A DNA stretch of 64,000 nt from an uncultured delta proteobacterium. Its GTDB lineage: Bacteria > Myxococcota_A > Polyangia > Fen-1088. Shown here one piece after another: positions 48,737 to 57,316 of the stretch. Made by a program: the position numbers and the translations under genes. How positions within the stretch are numbered: position 1 is the first letter of the stretch; every line of letters begins with the position of its first letter. A model generated the notes under the pieces. It had not been told where the DNA came from and made no database searches. It was given only the letters and a program-made list of their open reading frames with translations. The stretch is from the NCBI GenBank assembly GCA_963737265.1, contig CAVTRY010000023.1, positions 96,001 through 160,000 of the forward strand. Reading direction: 5' to 3'.

Positions 48737-48826
48737 TCCTTCGAGCGAAAAGACTGTGGCGATTGCGGCGCGGGTAGCGACCGCAAGGTCGACCCGACGC
48801 GGCTTCACCCTGGATCCCACAACGCC

Positions 48827-48862
48827 GAAGCGATCCAGGTTCAGCACCTTGTTCCACGCCGC
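48827..48862 (-). pseudogene. Extreme 3' fragment resembling catalase-peroxidase (katG)
   Basis: AAWNKVLNLDRF vs the KatG terminal motif AAWxKVMNLDRF; followed by a GC-rich hairpin at about 48765-48800. Confidence 0.55.
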
Positions 48863-48893
48863 CAGCCGTGGATTGTCGTAATCTCACCAGCCC

Positions 48894-50624
48894 ATGGCCA
48901 TGATCGATCCGATGATTCCCCTCCGCCTTCGCATCGAGGCGGCCACCCGTGCTGCCCTCGGCGACGAGGCCGCGACCGCCGATCCCGCGCTTCACCGCTC
49001 GCAGCACGCCGACTACCAGGCGGATCTCGCGATGGCGCTCGGCCGGACGCTCGGCCGAAAGCCGCGCGACGTGGCGGCGGAGATCGCGGCCAAACTGCCC
49101 GCGGACGACGTGATCGCGTCGGTCGAGGTGTCGGGGCCCGGCTTTCTCAACATCGTCCTGCGCGCCGAATACCTGGCCGGCGAGGTCACGGCCATGCGCC
49201 AGGGCGCGCGCCTCGGGGTACCGCTCGCGGCGGCGCCCGAGATCGTGGTGGTCGACTACTCGGCGCCCAACGTGGCCAAGGAGATGCACGTCGGCCACCT
49301 GCGCAGCACCATCATCGGCGACGCCATCGCCCGGCTGCTGGAATGGCAGGGACATCGGGTGATCCGGCGCAACCACGTGGGCGATTGGGGAACGCCCTTC
49401 GGCATGTTGATCGAGCACTTGCTCGACGAGAGCGCCGCGGGGACCGAGGCCGGCGTCCGCGAGCTGGGCGCGTTCTATCGCGCGGCCCGGGCCAAGTTCG
49501 ACGGCGATCCGGCCTTCGCCGACCGCGCCCGCCGGCGGGTCGTGCTGTTGCAGTCGGGCGACGCGCAGACGCTGGCGCACTGGCGCCGGCTCATCGACAT
49601 CTCGATCGAGCACTTCTCCGAGCTGTACGCAGCCCTGGGAGTCACGCTGCGGCCGAGCGACGTCGTGGGTGAAAGCGCCTACAACGCCCTGCTGCCGGGC
49701 CTGGTCGAAGAGCTGGTTGCAAAGGGGCTCGCGCGGGAAAGCGAGAGCGCTATGTGCGTATTCCCGCCTGGCTTCTCCGGGCGCGAAGGCGAGCCGGTGC
49801 CGCTCATCATTCGCAAGCAGGAGGGCGGCTACGGCTATGCCACGACCGATCTCGCGGCCCTGCGCCAGCGCGTGGGCGAGCTTCACGCCAGTCGCGTGAT
49901 CTACGTCGTGGGCTCGCCGCAGACCCAGCACCTGGCCATGGTCTTCGCGGTCGCGCGACTGGCAGGCTGGATGCCGGAGAGCACGCGCCTCGAGCACGTC
50001 GCGTTCGGCTCGGTGCTCGGTCCCGACAAGAAGATGCTCAAGACCCGCTCAGGCGACTCGGTCCGCCTCGCCGAGCTGGTCTCCGAGGCGATCGCCCTCG
50101 CCGCGGCGGCAGTCGCCGAAAAGGCGCCCGACCTGCCGGCCGACAAGCAGGCGCAAATCGCCGCAGCGGTAGGCGTGGGCGCGGTCAAGTACGCGGATCT
50201 GGCCAACGATCGCATCAAGGACTATGTCTTCGATTGGAAGCGCATGCTGGCCTTCGACGGCAACACCGCGCCCTACCTCATGTACGCCCACGCGCGCATC
50301 CGCTCGATCCTGCGCAAGGCCGCCCTTGCCGGAGCCGCACCGGGCGCCATCGTGCTCGAAGCGCCGCAGGAACGGGCGCTCGCCCTCACCGTGGTTCAGC
50401 TCGCGGGGATCCTCGACCGCACGGCGGAGACGCTGCAACCGCACCGGATCTGTGCCTTCCTCTACGAGCTCGCGACGTCGTTCACCGCCTTCTACGAAGG
50501 CTGCTCCGTGCTCAAGTCGGAAGGCGCCACGCGCGCGTCCCGGCTCGCGCTGTGCGAGGTCGTGGCGCGGGCCCTGGCGCTCGGGCTCGATCTGCTGGGC
50601 ATCGCCGCGCCCGATCAGATGTAG
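48894..50624 (+). CDS. argS: Arginine--tRNA ligase
   Basis: GPGFLNI, DYSAPNVAKEMHVGHLRSTIIGD, GDWGT, YATTDLA, GNTAPYLMYAHAR, DALR-type C-terminus. Confidence 0.97.
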   Translation: MAMIDPMIPLRLRIEAATRAALGDEAATADPALHRSQHADYQADLAMALGRTLGRKPRDVAAEIAAKLPADDVIASVEVSGPGFLNIVLRAEYLAGEVTAMRQGARLGVPLAAAPEIVVVDYSAPNVAKEMHVGHLRSTIIGDAIARLLEWQGHRVIRRNHVGDWGTPFGMLIEHLLDESAAGTEAGVRELGAFYRAARAKFDGDPAFADRARRRVVLLQSGDAQTLAHWRRLIDISIEHFSELYAALGVTLRPSDVVGESAYNALLPGLVEELVAKGLARESESAMCVFPPGFSGREGEPVPLIIRKQEGGYGYATTDLAALRQRVGELHASRVIYVVGSPQTQHLAMVFAVARLAGWMPESTRLEHVAFGSVLGPDKKMLKTRSGDSVRLAELVSEAIALAAAAVAEKAPDLPADKQAQIAAAVGVGAVKYADLANDRIKDYVFDWKRMLAFDGNTAPYLMYAHARIRSILRKAALAGAAPGAIVLEAPQERALALTVVQLAGILDRTAETLQPHRICAFLYELATSFTAFYEGCSVLKSEGATRASRLALCEVVARALALGLDLLGIAAPDQM

Positions 50625-50681
50625 TGCTGCTCTGGTACGCGGCGGAGCTCATGACTTGGAGAAGTTGGAGGCGGGTGATGA

Positions 50682-50897
50682 TTGACGAACCCCATCGCCC
50701 GACCGGTACCATCGGGCGCGCCCCTGCGCATGGAACGACTTCGCGTCCTGAGCGTCCCCGAGCGCGACGCCGAAGCCCGGCGACGTCTGGCCGACCGACC
50801 GCGGACCACTAACACGCCCTTTGCCACCGCCGTGGCCCGGCGACTCGCAGAGCTCCGGGCCCTGTGCGACCTCGCGAGTCACCTCCGGCGGCGGTGA
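50682..50897 (+). CDS. Small Arg-rich hypothetical protein
   Basis: 71-aa frame with a helical C-terminus (AVARRLAELRALCDLA); start uncertain. Confidence 0.45.
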   Translation: MTNPIARPVPSGAPLRMERLRVLSVPERDAEARRRLADRPRTTNTPFATAVARRLAELRALCDLASHLRRR

Positions 50898-51216
50898 AGC
50901 CACACCGCTGCGGCAGACCGCTAGCTAGCCTGGATCCGTAAGTCCACGCGCGACCGGCCGAGGAGCGATACCCTTTGCAAGCTCCCTATTGTCGTTGGTC
51001 ACTCCTGTGAGATACGAACGTTTCGCCGGCAGCTCCCTCGCCTGCCACGGCGCCCGGCGCCACAACCTCCAGAAGGAAGCTAATCGATGCCCAACGCAGC
51101 CACAGGGACGCACCCGACGGGCACCTTGGCGAAAAGCCGATCGAGCAGCGAGATGGCGACGATGCGGCGAGTCTCCGGCCAAGGCAGGAATGTGCCGATG
51201 GGAGAGTTCGGTGAAG

Positions 51217-52278
51217 ATGCTCAGTTTTACCTTGAACCCGGAGAAGCGTCGGTGTGCATGCTCGACGCTGGTCATCGTCTTTGGTATCGGCTGCTCCCCT
51301 GGCTTGGACAATCGCCAGGGCTCCGACGTTGGGACAGGTCAGGATGCAACGCTTGGGCAAAGCGGGATCAGGTTCCGCAACCCGGAGATGGCTGCGAAGT
51401 ACACGGCAGCCACGGCGTCCCCGCAGGCATTCGATCCGGTCTACGCCTATGCGAAAGCCGTGACCGACGCCTGTCTGGCGTCGCTAGTCGACACGAGTTG
51501 CGAAGCGTGCGCCGAAGGGACGGTGCGGTACAAGCAGAGGTCGGAGCTCGAGGCCCACTCCTGGCCGGTCATTGAGGAGGCCCTGTCCATGCTCGATGCC
51601 GTCGGGAACATTCCGGGACTGGCGGCGGAGCAGATGGATCCACTGGTCGCGACGAAGGGGCGGCTGCTCTGGCTGGCAGGTCGATCCGTGGAGGAGCAGA
51701 CCTTGATCGACGACTACGCTCGCGCGCACCCCGATGCCGTCACGGTCATCCGCCGTCGGCTTGAGCTCCTGCGCGAAGCTGGCGATGTCGCGGCGTCGGA
51801 GTCGCAGTGCGCCCGCAGCCGAGCGAAGATGGAATCGGCGCCCAAGGCGGCTCGGCTAGAGTTCCTGACCGCCTGCGTGGCACTCCACCCGGGCAATACC
51901 GACGGTAGGAGCGATCTGCTGGGTTACGCGGAGTACCTGCCCAATCTGTCGACCGCCGAGGATGAGCTCTATCGTATGAGCCTCGCGCAGCGTTGTTTGG
52001 AGAAGGTCGGCGACACGGAGACGCGCTGTGCACAAACATGCGCCTGCGCGAACGAGGATTCGCGCAAGCAGCCAGTCGCAAGGTGCAAGCGTGCCTGCGG
52101 CGGCTGCCGCAGCGAGATGGCTCAGCGGCTGCGCCTGTGCAAGCAGATCGGCGAAGTCCCTCACGCTACCACTCGCGCTACCCGGCCGAAGCCCACCAAG
52201 AACGCTCCCCGACCGAAGAGTGCTCCCCGACCGAAGAGTGTCGAGCCCGGCGCGGAACCCCAGCAAGCGCTTCTGTAG
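51217..52278 (+). CDS. Predicted helical lipoprotein with a Cys-rich C-terminus
   Basis: Lipobox-like FGIGC, TPR-like body, CxxxC clusters, Pro/Lys tail; start uncertain. Confidence 0.65.
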   Translation: MLSFTLNPEKRRCACSTLVIVFGIGCSPGLDNRQGSDVGTGQDATLGQSGIRFRNPEMAAKYTAATASPQAFDPVYAYAKAVTDACLASLVDTSCEACAEGTVRYKQRSELEAHSWPVIEEALSMLDAVGNIPGLAAEQMDPLVATKGRLLWLAGRSVEEQTLIDDYARAHPDAVTVIRRRLELLREAGDVAASESQCARSRAKMESAPKAARLEFLTACVALHPGNTDGRSDLLGYAEYLPNLSTAEDELYRMSLAQRCLEKVGDTETRCAQTCACANEDSRKQPVARCKRACGGCRSEMAQRLRLCKQIGEVPHATTRATRPKPTKNAPRPKSAPRPKSVEPGAEPQQALL

Positions 52279-52398
52279 AGACCCCCGCAGCCACAGAGCA
52301 TCCAATCCGGAGACACGCGGTCCGTCTGGTTCGGACTGTTCGGACGCGGAACGCTTCAATATCTTCGGCGTCGTGCTAAGCTCTTGCGCGAAAGACGG

Positions 52399-52572
52399 AT
52401 GATGACTGTCCCGGCGAAGCGCAAGGCGACGTACGCGGTTCTGCTCGAGGTTACCGATCACAAGGTCGCGGAACTTGTGGGCGTCGATCTCGTGGTCAGC
52501 CCGCGGCCCGCCATCCCTCAAGCCAAGGCGCCTTCGGCGCTGGGCGCGGTCGTTTTGAAAGGTCGAACATGA
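52399..52572 (+). pseudogene. 5' fragment of a Uma2 family endonuclease
   Basis: PAKRKATY..LL...VAELVG.DLVVSPRPA aligns with the N-terminus of the 53413-54108 product. Confidence 0.75.
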
Positions 52573-53393
52573 GGGTATGCGGGTCATGGATGGTTCTCGC
52601 GCTTCTCTTCGTCAATCTGTGGGCGGGCCCGTATGCCTTGGCGGCAAAGCCGCAGGCCATAGATCGCGAGGCCAAGAAGGCGTGCCTCTCCGGCGACTAT
52701 GCCAAGGGCGTGGCGATCCTGGCCGAGCTATATGTGGATTCTAATGACGCAACGTTTCTTTTCAACCAGGGGCGCTGCTACGAACAAAATATCAAATTCG
52801 CCGAGGCGGCTGAGAGGTTCAAGGAATACCTGCGCAAGGCGCCGAAGCTGAACGAGAGCGAGAAGGCCGACGTGGACAAGCACATCGCAGACTGCGAGGC
52901 CGCGGCGGCAAAGGCCCGCGGCGCGACGGCGCAGCCGAGCCAACCTGCCGCGCCGGCGCACGCGCCTGCCACCAGCTCAGTGCCGGTTGCCCCAGCAGAA
53001 AACACGGCACCGGCGAGCGCTCTGACACAAACGTCGCCGGGCATGGCGGCGCCATCGGCAAATCCTTGGCAACACACTGCCAAATGGATCGCCACCGGCA
53101 CCACCGCCGCCTTGCTCGCAGTCGGCGTGGTGGAGCACATTCGTTATGACGGCAAGAACAGCGATTACAACAATGCTAGATGTTCCGGAGGCTCGTACTG
53201 CCAGGGTCTCGCGGATTCGGCGGACACCGCCAAGACCTGGGCCATCGTCGGTTACAGCGCCGCCGCCGTCGCCGCGGGCACGGCCGTAGCGTTTTGGCTG
53301 ACGGATTCACCGCCGCCGGAGACCCAGCAGGCGGGCCTTGGCTTCTCTTGCGTCCCGGCGCTGGCCGGCGTCGCCTGTCGGGGAAGGTTCTAA
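52569..53393 (+). CDS. Exported TPR protein with a hydrophobic C-terminal region
   Basis: Signal, FLFNQGRCYEQ...AAERFKEYL, Pro/Ala linker, ends CRGRF. Confidence 0.8.
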   Translation: MRVCGSWMVLALLFVNLWAGPYALAAKPQAIDREAKKACLSGDYAKGVAILAELYVDSNDATFLFNQGRCYEQNIKFAEAAERFKEYLRKAPKLNESEKADVDKHIADCEAAAAKARGATAQPSQPAAPAHAPATSSVPVAPAENTAPASALTQTSPGMAAPSANPWQHTAKWIATGTTAALLAVGVVEHIRYDGKNSDYNNARCSGGSYCQGLADSADTAKTWAIVGYSAAAVAAGTAVAFWLTDSPPPETQQAGLGFSCVPALAGVACRGRF

Positions 53394-53412
53394 AGCTAGG
53401 CGGAAGGACGGC

Positions 53413-54108
53413 TTACTTTCCCGTGACACCTACTGCAAAGCAACAGTATATCGCGTCGGCGCGAGCCCCGACGCGCGCGGTGCCCGGTTTCAGACCAGGG
53501 CCCCGGTTGGCTATGGCGCTGCGGCCACACCCGGGGGCGGAGTCAGAATCCCACAACGCGCCGATGTCGATGGCCACGGCGTCGAAGGGCGGCACGCGGG
53601 CCTCGCCCTCGCCTCCGAAAGTTCCCGCCACCATCCAGCCGTGCTCGGTGCGGTTCAGCACCTCGATGGTGCGTGCCGAGGGATCGACAAACCACAGCCA
53701 TGCAACGCCCTGTTCGCGATAGATGTCCTGCTTTCTCGTTCGGTCGAGAATGGCTGTGGACGGCGAAAGGACCTCGCACACCCAGTCGGGCGCCAAGGCG
53801 AACCACGGTACGTCGGGAAATGCAGGCATACGCTCGCGCCGCCAGCCGGCCAAGTCGGGAACGAGAACGTGCGAACCCAAGTGGAGCTCGGGTTCGTCGA
53901 GAATGATCCAGCCACCAGGGCCGCCGCGTCCGCGGTGGAATGGTGCCGTCAGCGCGCCTCCGACCACCGAGCTGGCGAGAGCATGGCGCGATGCCGGTCG
54001 GGGCGAAACGACTAGGTCGCCATCGACGATCTCACCCACGACGTTGTCCGGAAGGCGGAGGATATGCTCGTAGGTCGCCGGTTGCGGCTGCTTCGAAGGA
54101 AGGGCCAT
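53413..54108 (-). CDS. Uma2 family endonuclease with a C-terminal extension
   Basis: EIVDG.LVVSPRP, EPEL, VPDLAGWR, PDWVCEVLSPST, DRTRK, WFVDP. Confidence 0.92.
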   Translation of the reverse strand: MALPSKQPQPATYEHILRLPDNVVGEIVDGDLVVSPRPASRHALASSVVGGALTAPFHRGRGGPGGWIILDEPELHLGSHVLVPDLAGWRRERMPAFPDVPWFALAPDWVCEVLSPSTAILDRTRKQDIYREQGVAWLWFVDPSARTIEVLNRTEHGWMVAGTFGGEGEARVPPFDAVAIDIGALWDSDSAPGCGRSAIANRGPGLKPGTARVGARADAIYCCFAVGVTGK

Positions 54109-54496
54109 GGGGCCAAGCTTACCAGGCAGTCGGCCCAAACACCCAACACCGTGCCAGGGATTCGATCAAACCGCTGGACGACGTGCGCGACCGCTATGAA
54201 GCAACTCACTGGGAGTTAGACGAGGTCAGCCGAGGCGAGGCCGAGAATGTCTTCTTCACCCAGCATGGGTTCCCGGAAAGGCCGTCCCTCGGCTACACCA
54301 GCTTCAGCAGCCAGCGATCCGCGGATATCGCCCAGATCCGTCGCGAGATCCCAGTTGAAGTACCGTCCCGGCCGGCCCGACGGCATGGGCCTTGGCGAGT
54401 GTGGTCTTGCCCACTTGCCTGGGTTCGCCTCGTACCAGGTTGTGCCAGTCGGTCCTTTCACGTTCCGCATCATCGAGGCGTCCGTCGAGCTCTTCC

Positions 54497-54545
54497 CCGG
54501 GGGGCGGCATAAGATCCCACTGCGCGCCGATATCGATGGCCACGG
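54497..54545 (-). pseudogene. 3' fragment of a second Uma2 gene (imperfect direct repeat of 53531-53579)
   Basis: ATCCCACTGCGCGCCGATATCGATGGCCACGG vs ATCCCACAACGCGCCGATGTCGATGGCCACGG; VAIDIGAQWD vs VAIDIGALWD. Confidence 0.75.
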
Positions 54546-54674
54546 AACTTCGCCCGATCATTTGGTAGGCTGAATCACCGTGGCGTTGCAAAGCAGAATC
54601 CACAGTGAATCTGCGTTGACAATTCCCAGGGAAGCACAACTAATCATCACCCAACTGCCATTTGGGAGCCTTCT

Positions 54675-55574
54675 ATGGTGGACGTAGCCGGATTGGGATC
54701 GGAAGCGAAGATCGAAGAGGCAATGCGACGGTCTCTTCCACGACTTGAACCCGATGCCCGCGCGCAAGTCGAGGCAATGCTATCGCCGGCGTCGCTGGCA
54801 ATCATTGCCGGGACGTTAATTGCCTGGGCTGGGGCGCACTTCGTCGGTGTCGGCGAAATCGTGGATATCGCCCTGCTCGTCGTGGGCTTCACCCTCCTCG
54901 GCACGTCGGCATACGAGGGTGCGAAAGAGCTGGTAGCCTTCGCTCATTCAGCACTCAGTGCGGCAACCGAGTCGGCCCTGGACGAAGCAGCCGAGCATTT
55001 CTCGCGAGCAGTCGTCATTCTGGGAATCACAACGATCTCAGCGATTCTGCTGCGCAAGAGTGCATCAGGGATTATCAAGCGTGGACCACCGCGCACCCAA
55101 CCGATGCCCCGAGTGGGACCGCCACCGCAGCCCGGGACCCCACCACGCATCAGCCGACCCGTCGCACTTCCCAGCGGAGCGCTCGGCGAGACGGATTGGT
55201 GGGGCAACATCGCTGTGACACGCAGCCAATCCGTCAGTGAACAGCGTCTGACGCTCCTGCACGAGTGGGTTCATCGCTTCTTCTCTCCCAGGATCTCTCC
55301 TCTTCGCCAGCTTCGGGCGGAATTGCGGGCCAGCGCCTATTGGCGTTCGGCATTGCTACGCTATCTGGAAGAAGCCTTGGCCGAGTCCTACGCGCAGCTT
55401 CGGATGGGCGTCGGATTGAAGGGCCTCCTAATTGGTGTTTCGTTCCCAGTTGCAAACGGGTACATCACGGTTTCCCAACTCGCCGGCGAAGGTATTGCTA
55501 TCGGTAGCATTGCAGTGGGCGGCGCTCATTTCACGGTCCGTGCCATCGAGAAACCCTGGCCGGAGAAACCATGA
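54675..55574 (+). CDS. Hydrophobic helical N-domain plus HExxH zinc-metallopeptidase-like domain (toxin-like)
   Basis: WAGAHFVGVGEIVD hydrophobic region, Pro linker, GETDWWGNI, LLHEWVH, EEALAE. Confidence 0.7.
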   Translation: MVDVAGLGSEAKIEEAMRRSLPRLEPDARAQVEAMLSPASLAIIAGTLIAWAGAHFVGVGEIVDIALLVVGFTLLGTSAYEGAKELVAFAHSALSAATESALDEAAEHFSRAVVILGITTISAILLRKSASGIIKRGPPRTQPMPRVGPPPQPGTPPRISRPVALPSGALGETDWWGNIAVTRSQSVSEQRLTLLHEWVHRFFSPRISPLRQLRAELRASAYWRSALLRYLEEALAESYAQLRMGVGLKGLLIGVSFPVANGYITVSQLAGEGIAIGSIAVGGAHFTVRAIEKPWPEKP

Positions 55575-55792
55575 TTTCCGAGGAGGAAGCCGTGCGGTTG
55601 GCCAAACGGCTGGCCCAACAAGAGGGCTGGGCTTGGGTGGATCCCGCGAACGCGATACTTCGCCGCCGCTGGTTCGGGCGAGGTGGAAGATGGGAGATCT
55701 TTTCGAATGCGCACGCTTTGGGGGCAAAGATCCGCGTCGTCCTCGACGCGGATTCGGGCAAGGTTCTGGAACGAGGCTACATAGCGCGGTAA
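55571..55792 (+). CDS. Small PepSY-like protein, candidate immunity/inhibitor
   Basis: ISEEEAVRLA...W...VVLDADSGKVL; ATGA overlap with the upstream gene. Confidence 0.65.
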   Translation: MISEEEAVRLAKRLAQQEGWAWVDPANAILRRRWFGRGGRWEIFSNAHALGAKIRVVLDADSGKVLERGYIAR

Positions 55793-55813
55793 GAGTGGAG
55801 TGGGAGCGGAAGG

Positions 55814-56053
55814 ATCACCCCTATTGAAGCGCGAGATCTGGCAAGAAGAATCCAGGTCTTGCCGGAGGCAGAGCAGGCGAAGATACTTTCGCGGGTCATG
55901 CAGGCCGAGGGAAAGAAAGTCGCCTGATCCGCGGTGGAAGCGATCCCGCGGCGAATGGGCAAGCTCGGCGTCGAGGATGAGAAGCTGACACGGGAAATCG
56001 TGGAAGTCGTCCGAGAGGTGCGGCGCGAGCGACGGCGCAAAAACCTCAGCTAG
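55814..56053 (+). pseudogene. Antitoxin-like pseudogene with an internal stop
   Basis: ARDLARRIQVLPEAEQAKIL...VA-TGA(55925)-SAVEAI...EIVEVVREVRRERR; directly upstream of a PIN fragment. Confidence 0.6.
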
Positions 56054-56060
56054 CCCAGCG

Positions 56061-56138
56061 TTGGCCCACGTGCCTGGCCGCAAGCCCCGCGCTGTTCTCG
56101 ACACAAGTGTCCTGGTAGCCGGAGTCTTGCCGCCCCAA
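56061..56138 (+). pseudogene. 5' fragment of a PIN-family toxin
   Basis: PRAVLDTSVLVAG, then interrupted by the tandem repeat. Confidence 0.7.
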
Positions 56139-56230
56139 GACCGGATCCCGAAAAAGTACCCTCGGACCGGATCCCGATCCAAAAGTACCCTCGGACCGGA
56201 TCCCGAGAAAGTACCCTCGGACCGGATCCC
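56139..56230. repeat. 26-29-bp tandem repeat, about 3.5 copies
   Basis: GACCGGATCCCG-(var)-AAAGTACCCTCG. Confidence 0.92.
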
Positions 56231-56413
56231 AAGGCGGAGGATTGCCGTCGAGGCTGGTGATTGGCTGGCCGCCGCACGATCGAGCCACCGATCATCATCC
56301 CGACCAGAGCGCAACGAATGGACGCGTGAGCTGTTCCAGAGGGCCGCACGCGAAGGCGGCCCCTCTCACCATCCGCACCTTCTCGATAAACATCTCAAAC
56401 CGCCGATTTTCCG

Positions 56414-57157
56414 ATGCGAATAGGACGGTGCTCACCATTGATCTTCTTCACCTTCCTGATCTTGTTTGGTAGGCAAGGCGCGGCCGCATCGGACGGGCCG
56501 ATTCCGATTTTCTTGTCGAAGGAGCTAGGAGTGCGCACGCTGTCGGACGTAGCCACCGCCCTGGATCGCCCGCTCGATGGCGGTTGGGTGGTCAAGATGG
56601 CGGCAGGCGAGAAACGCCGGATCAGAACCTGTCGGGATTTCGTTGTGGTGACCAAGTCCCGATTCGAATTGCCCAATGCCGTCGACTGGGCTGCGTGGTG
56701 GCAGCAGGGTGCTCACTGCTTCGCGCTCGACGCCCTCCAGGGGGCGCGGCCGGCCCTTCGCAGTCACCTCGGTTGGTTTCGCTTCTCGAAAACTGGTATC
56801 ACCAAACTACCGCCGCGCCTGGCTCTGTTGGAAAGTCCTGACGACCTCGACGAGGCAACCGCCGCCGAACGAGCGTGCCACGGCTGGGGCCGCTTCGACG
56901 AGACGCTGAGGATTCGTATCGAGGCACCCGACACTGCGGCGCTGCGCAGCGACGGGTGGACCGGACGCCTGGTCCTCTATGCCCGGGCCGACATCGATGG
57001 CGATGGCGTCGAAGATCTCCTCATCCGGCGTGACGCCCGTGCGACCGGAGGATCGGCGGTAGAGTCCCGCGTTTTCGTCGTCACCCAATCGTTGCCAACC
57101 GCGTGCACGCGCGTGGTGCGTGTGATGGGCGCACCCGACGATGTCGGGTCACCCTAA
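56414..57157 (+). CDS. Exported hypothetical protein
   Basis: Signal peptide; one DIDGDGVED Ca-binding-like loop. Confidence 0.65.
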   Translation: MRIGRCSPLIFFTFLILFGRQGAAASDGPIPIFLSKELGVRTLSDVATALDRPLDGGWVVKMAAGEKRRIRTCRDFVVVTKSRFELPNAVDWAAWWQQGAHCFALDALQGARPALRSHLGWFRFSKTGITKLPPRLALLESPDDLDEATAAERACHGWGRFDETLRIRIEAPDTAALRSDGWTGRLVLYARADIDGDGVEDLLIRRDARATGGSAVESRVFVVTQSLPTACTRVVRVMGAPDDVGSP

Positions 57158-57173
57158 CTGTCCCCTACACACC
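57156..57173. repeat. Dispersed short repeat, copy 2 (inverted)
   Basis: AACTGTCCCCTACACACC, reverse complement GGTGTGTAGGGGACAGTT. Confidence 0.5.
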
Positions 57174-57316
57174 AGGCATTGACCTTGGCGGCGGCTGCAC
57201 CTTGCGACAAACGTAACCATGTTTGGTTCGGTGCTTGCCGAGAAGCGAGAAAACCGGCAGCATCACCCATGTCGGCGCCGGGAAGACTGTCTAACTTTCT
57301 CAAGAAGAATCGGCCT

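Noticed and set aside
50625-50685. Possible nucleotidyltransferase C-terminal remnant (GGAHDLEKLE)
   Set aside because: Too short, and needs a frameshift to fit
54140-54490. Short ORFs on both strands
   Set aside because: No recognisable motif or clear start; probably a remnant I cannot identify
56139-56230. CRISPR array
   Set aside because: Units are adjacent with no unique spacers, and no cas genes are present
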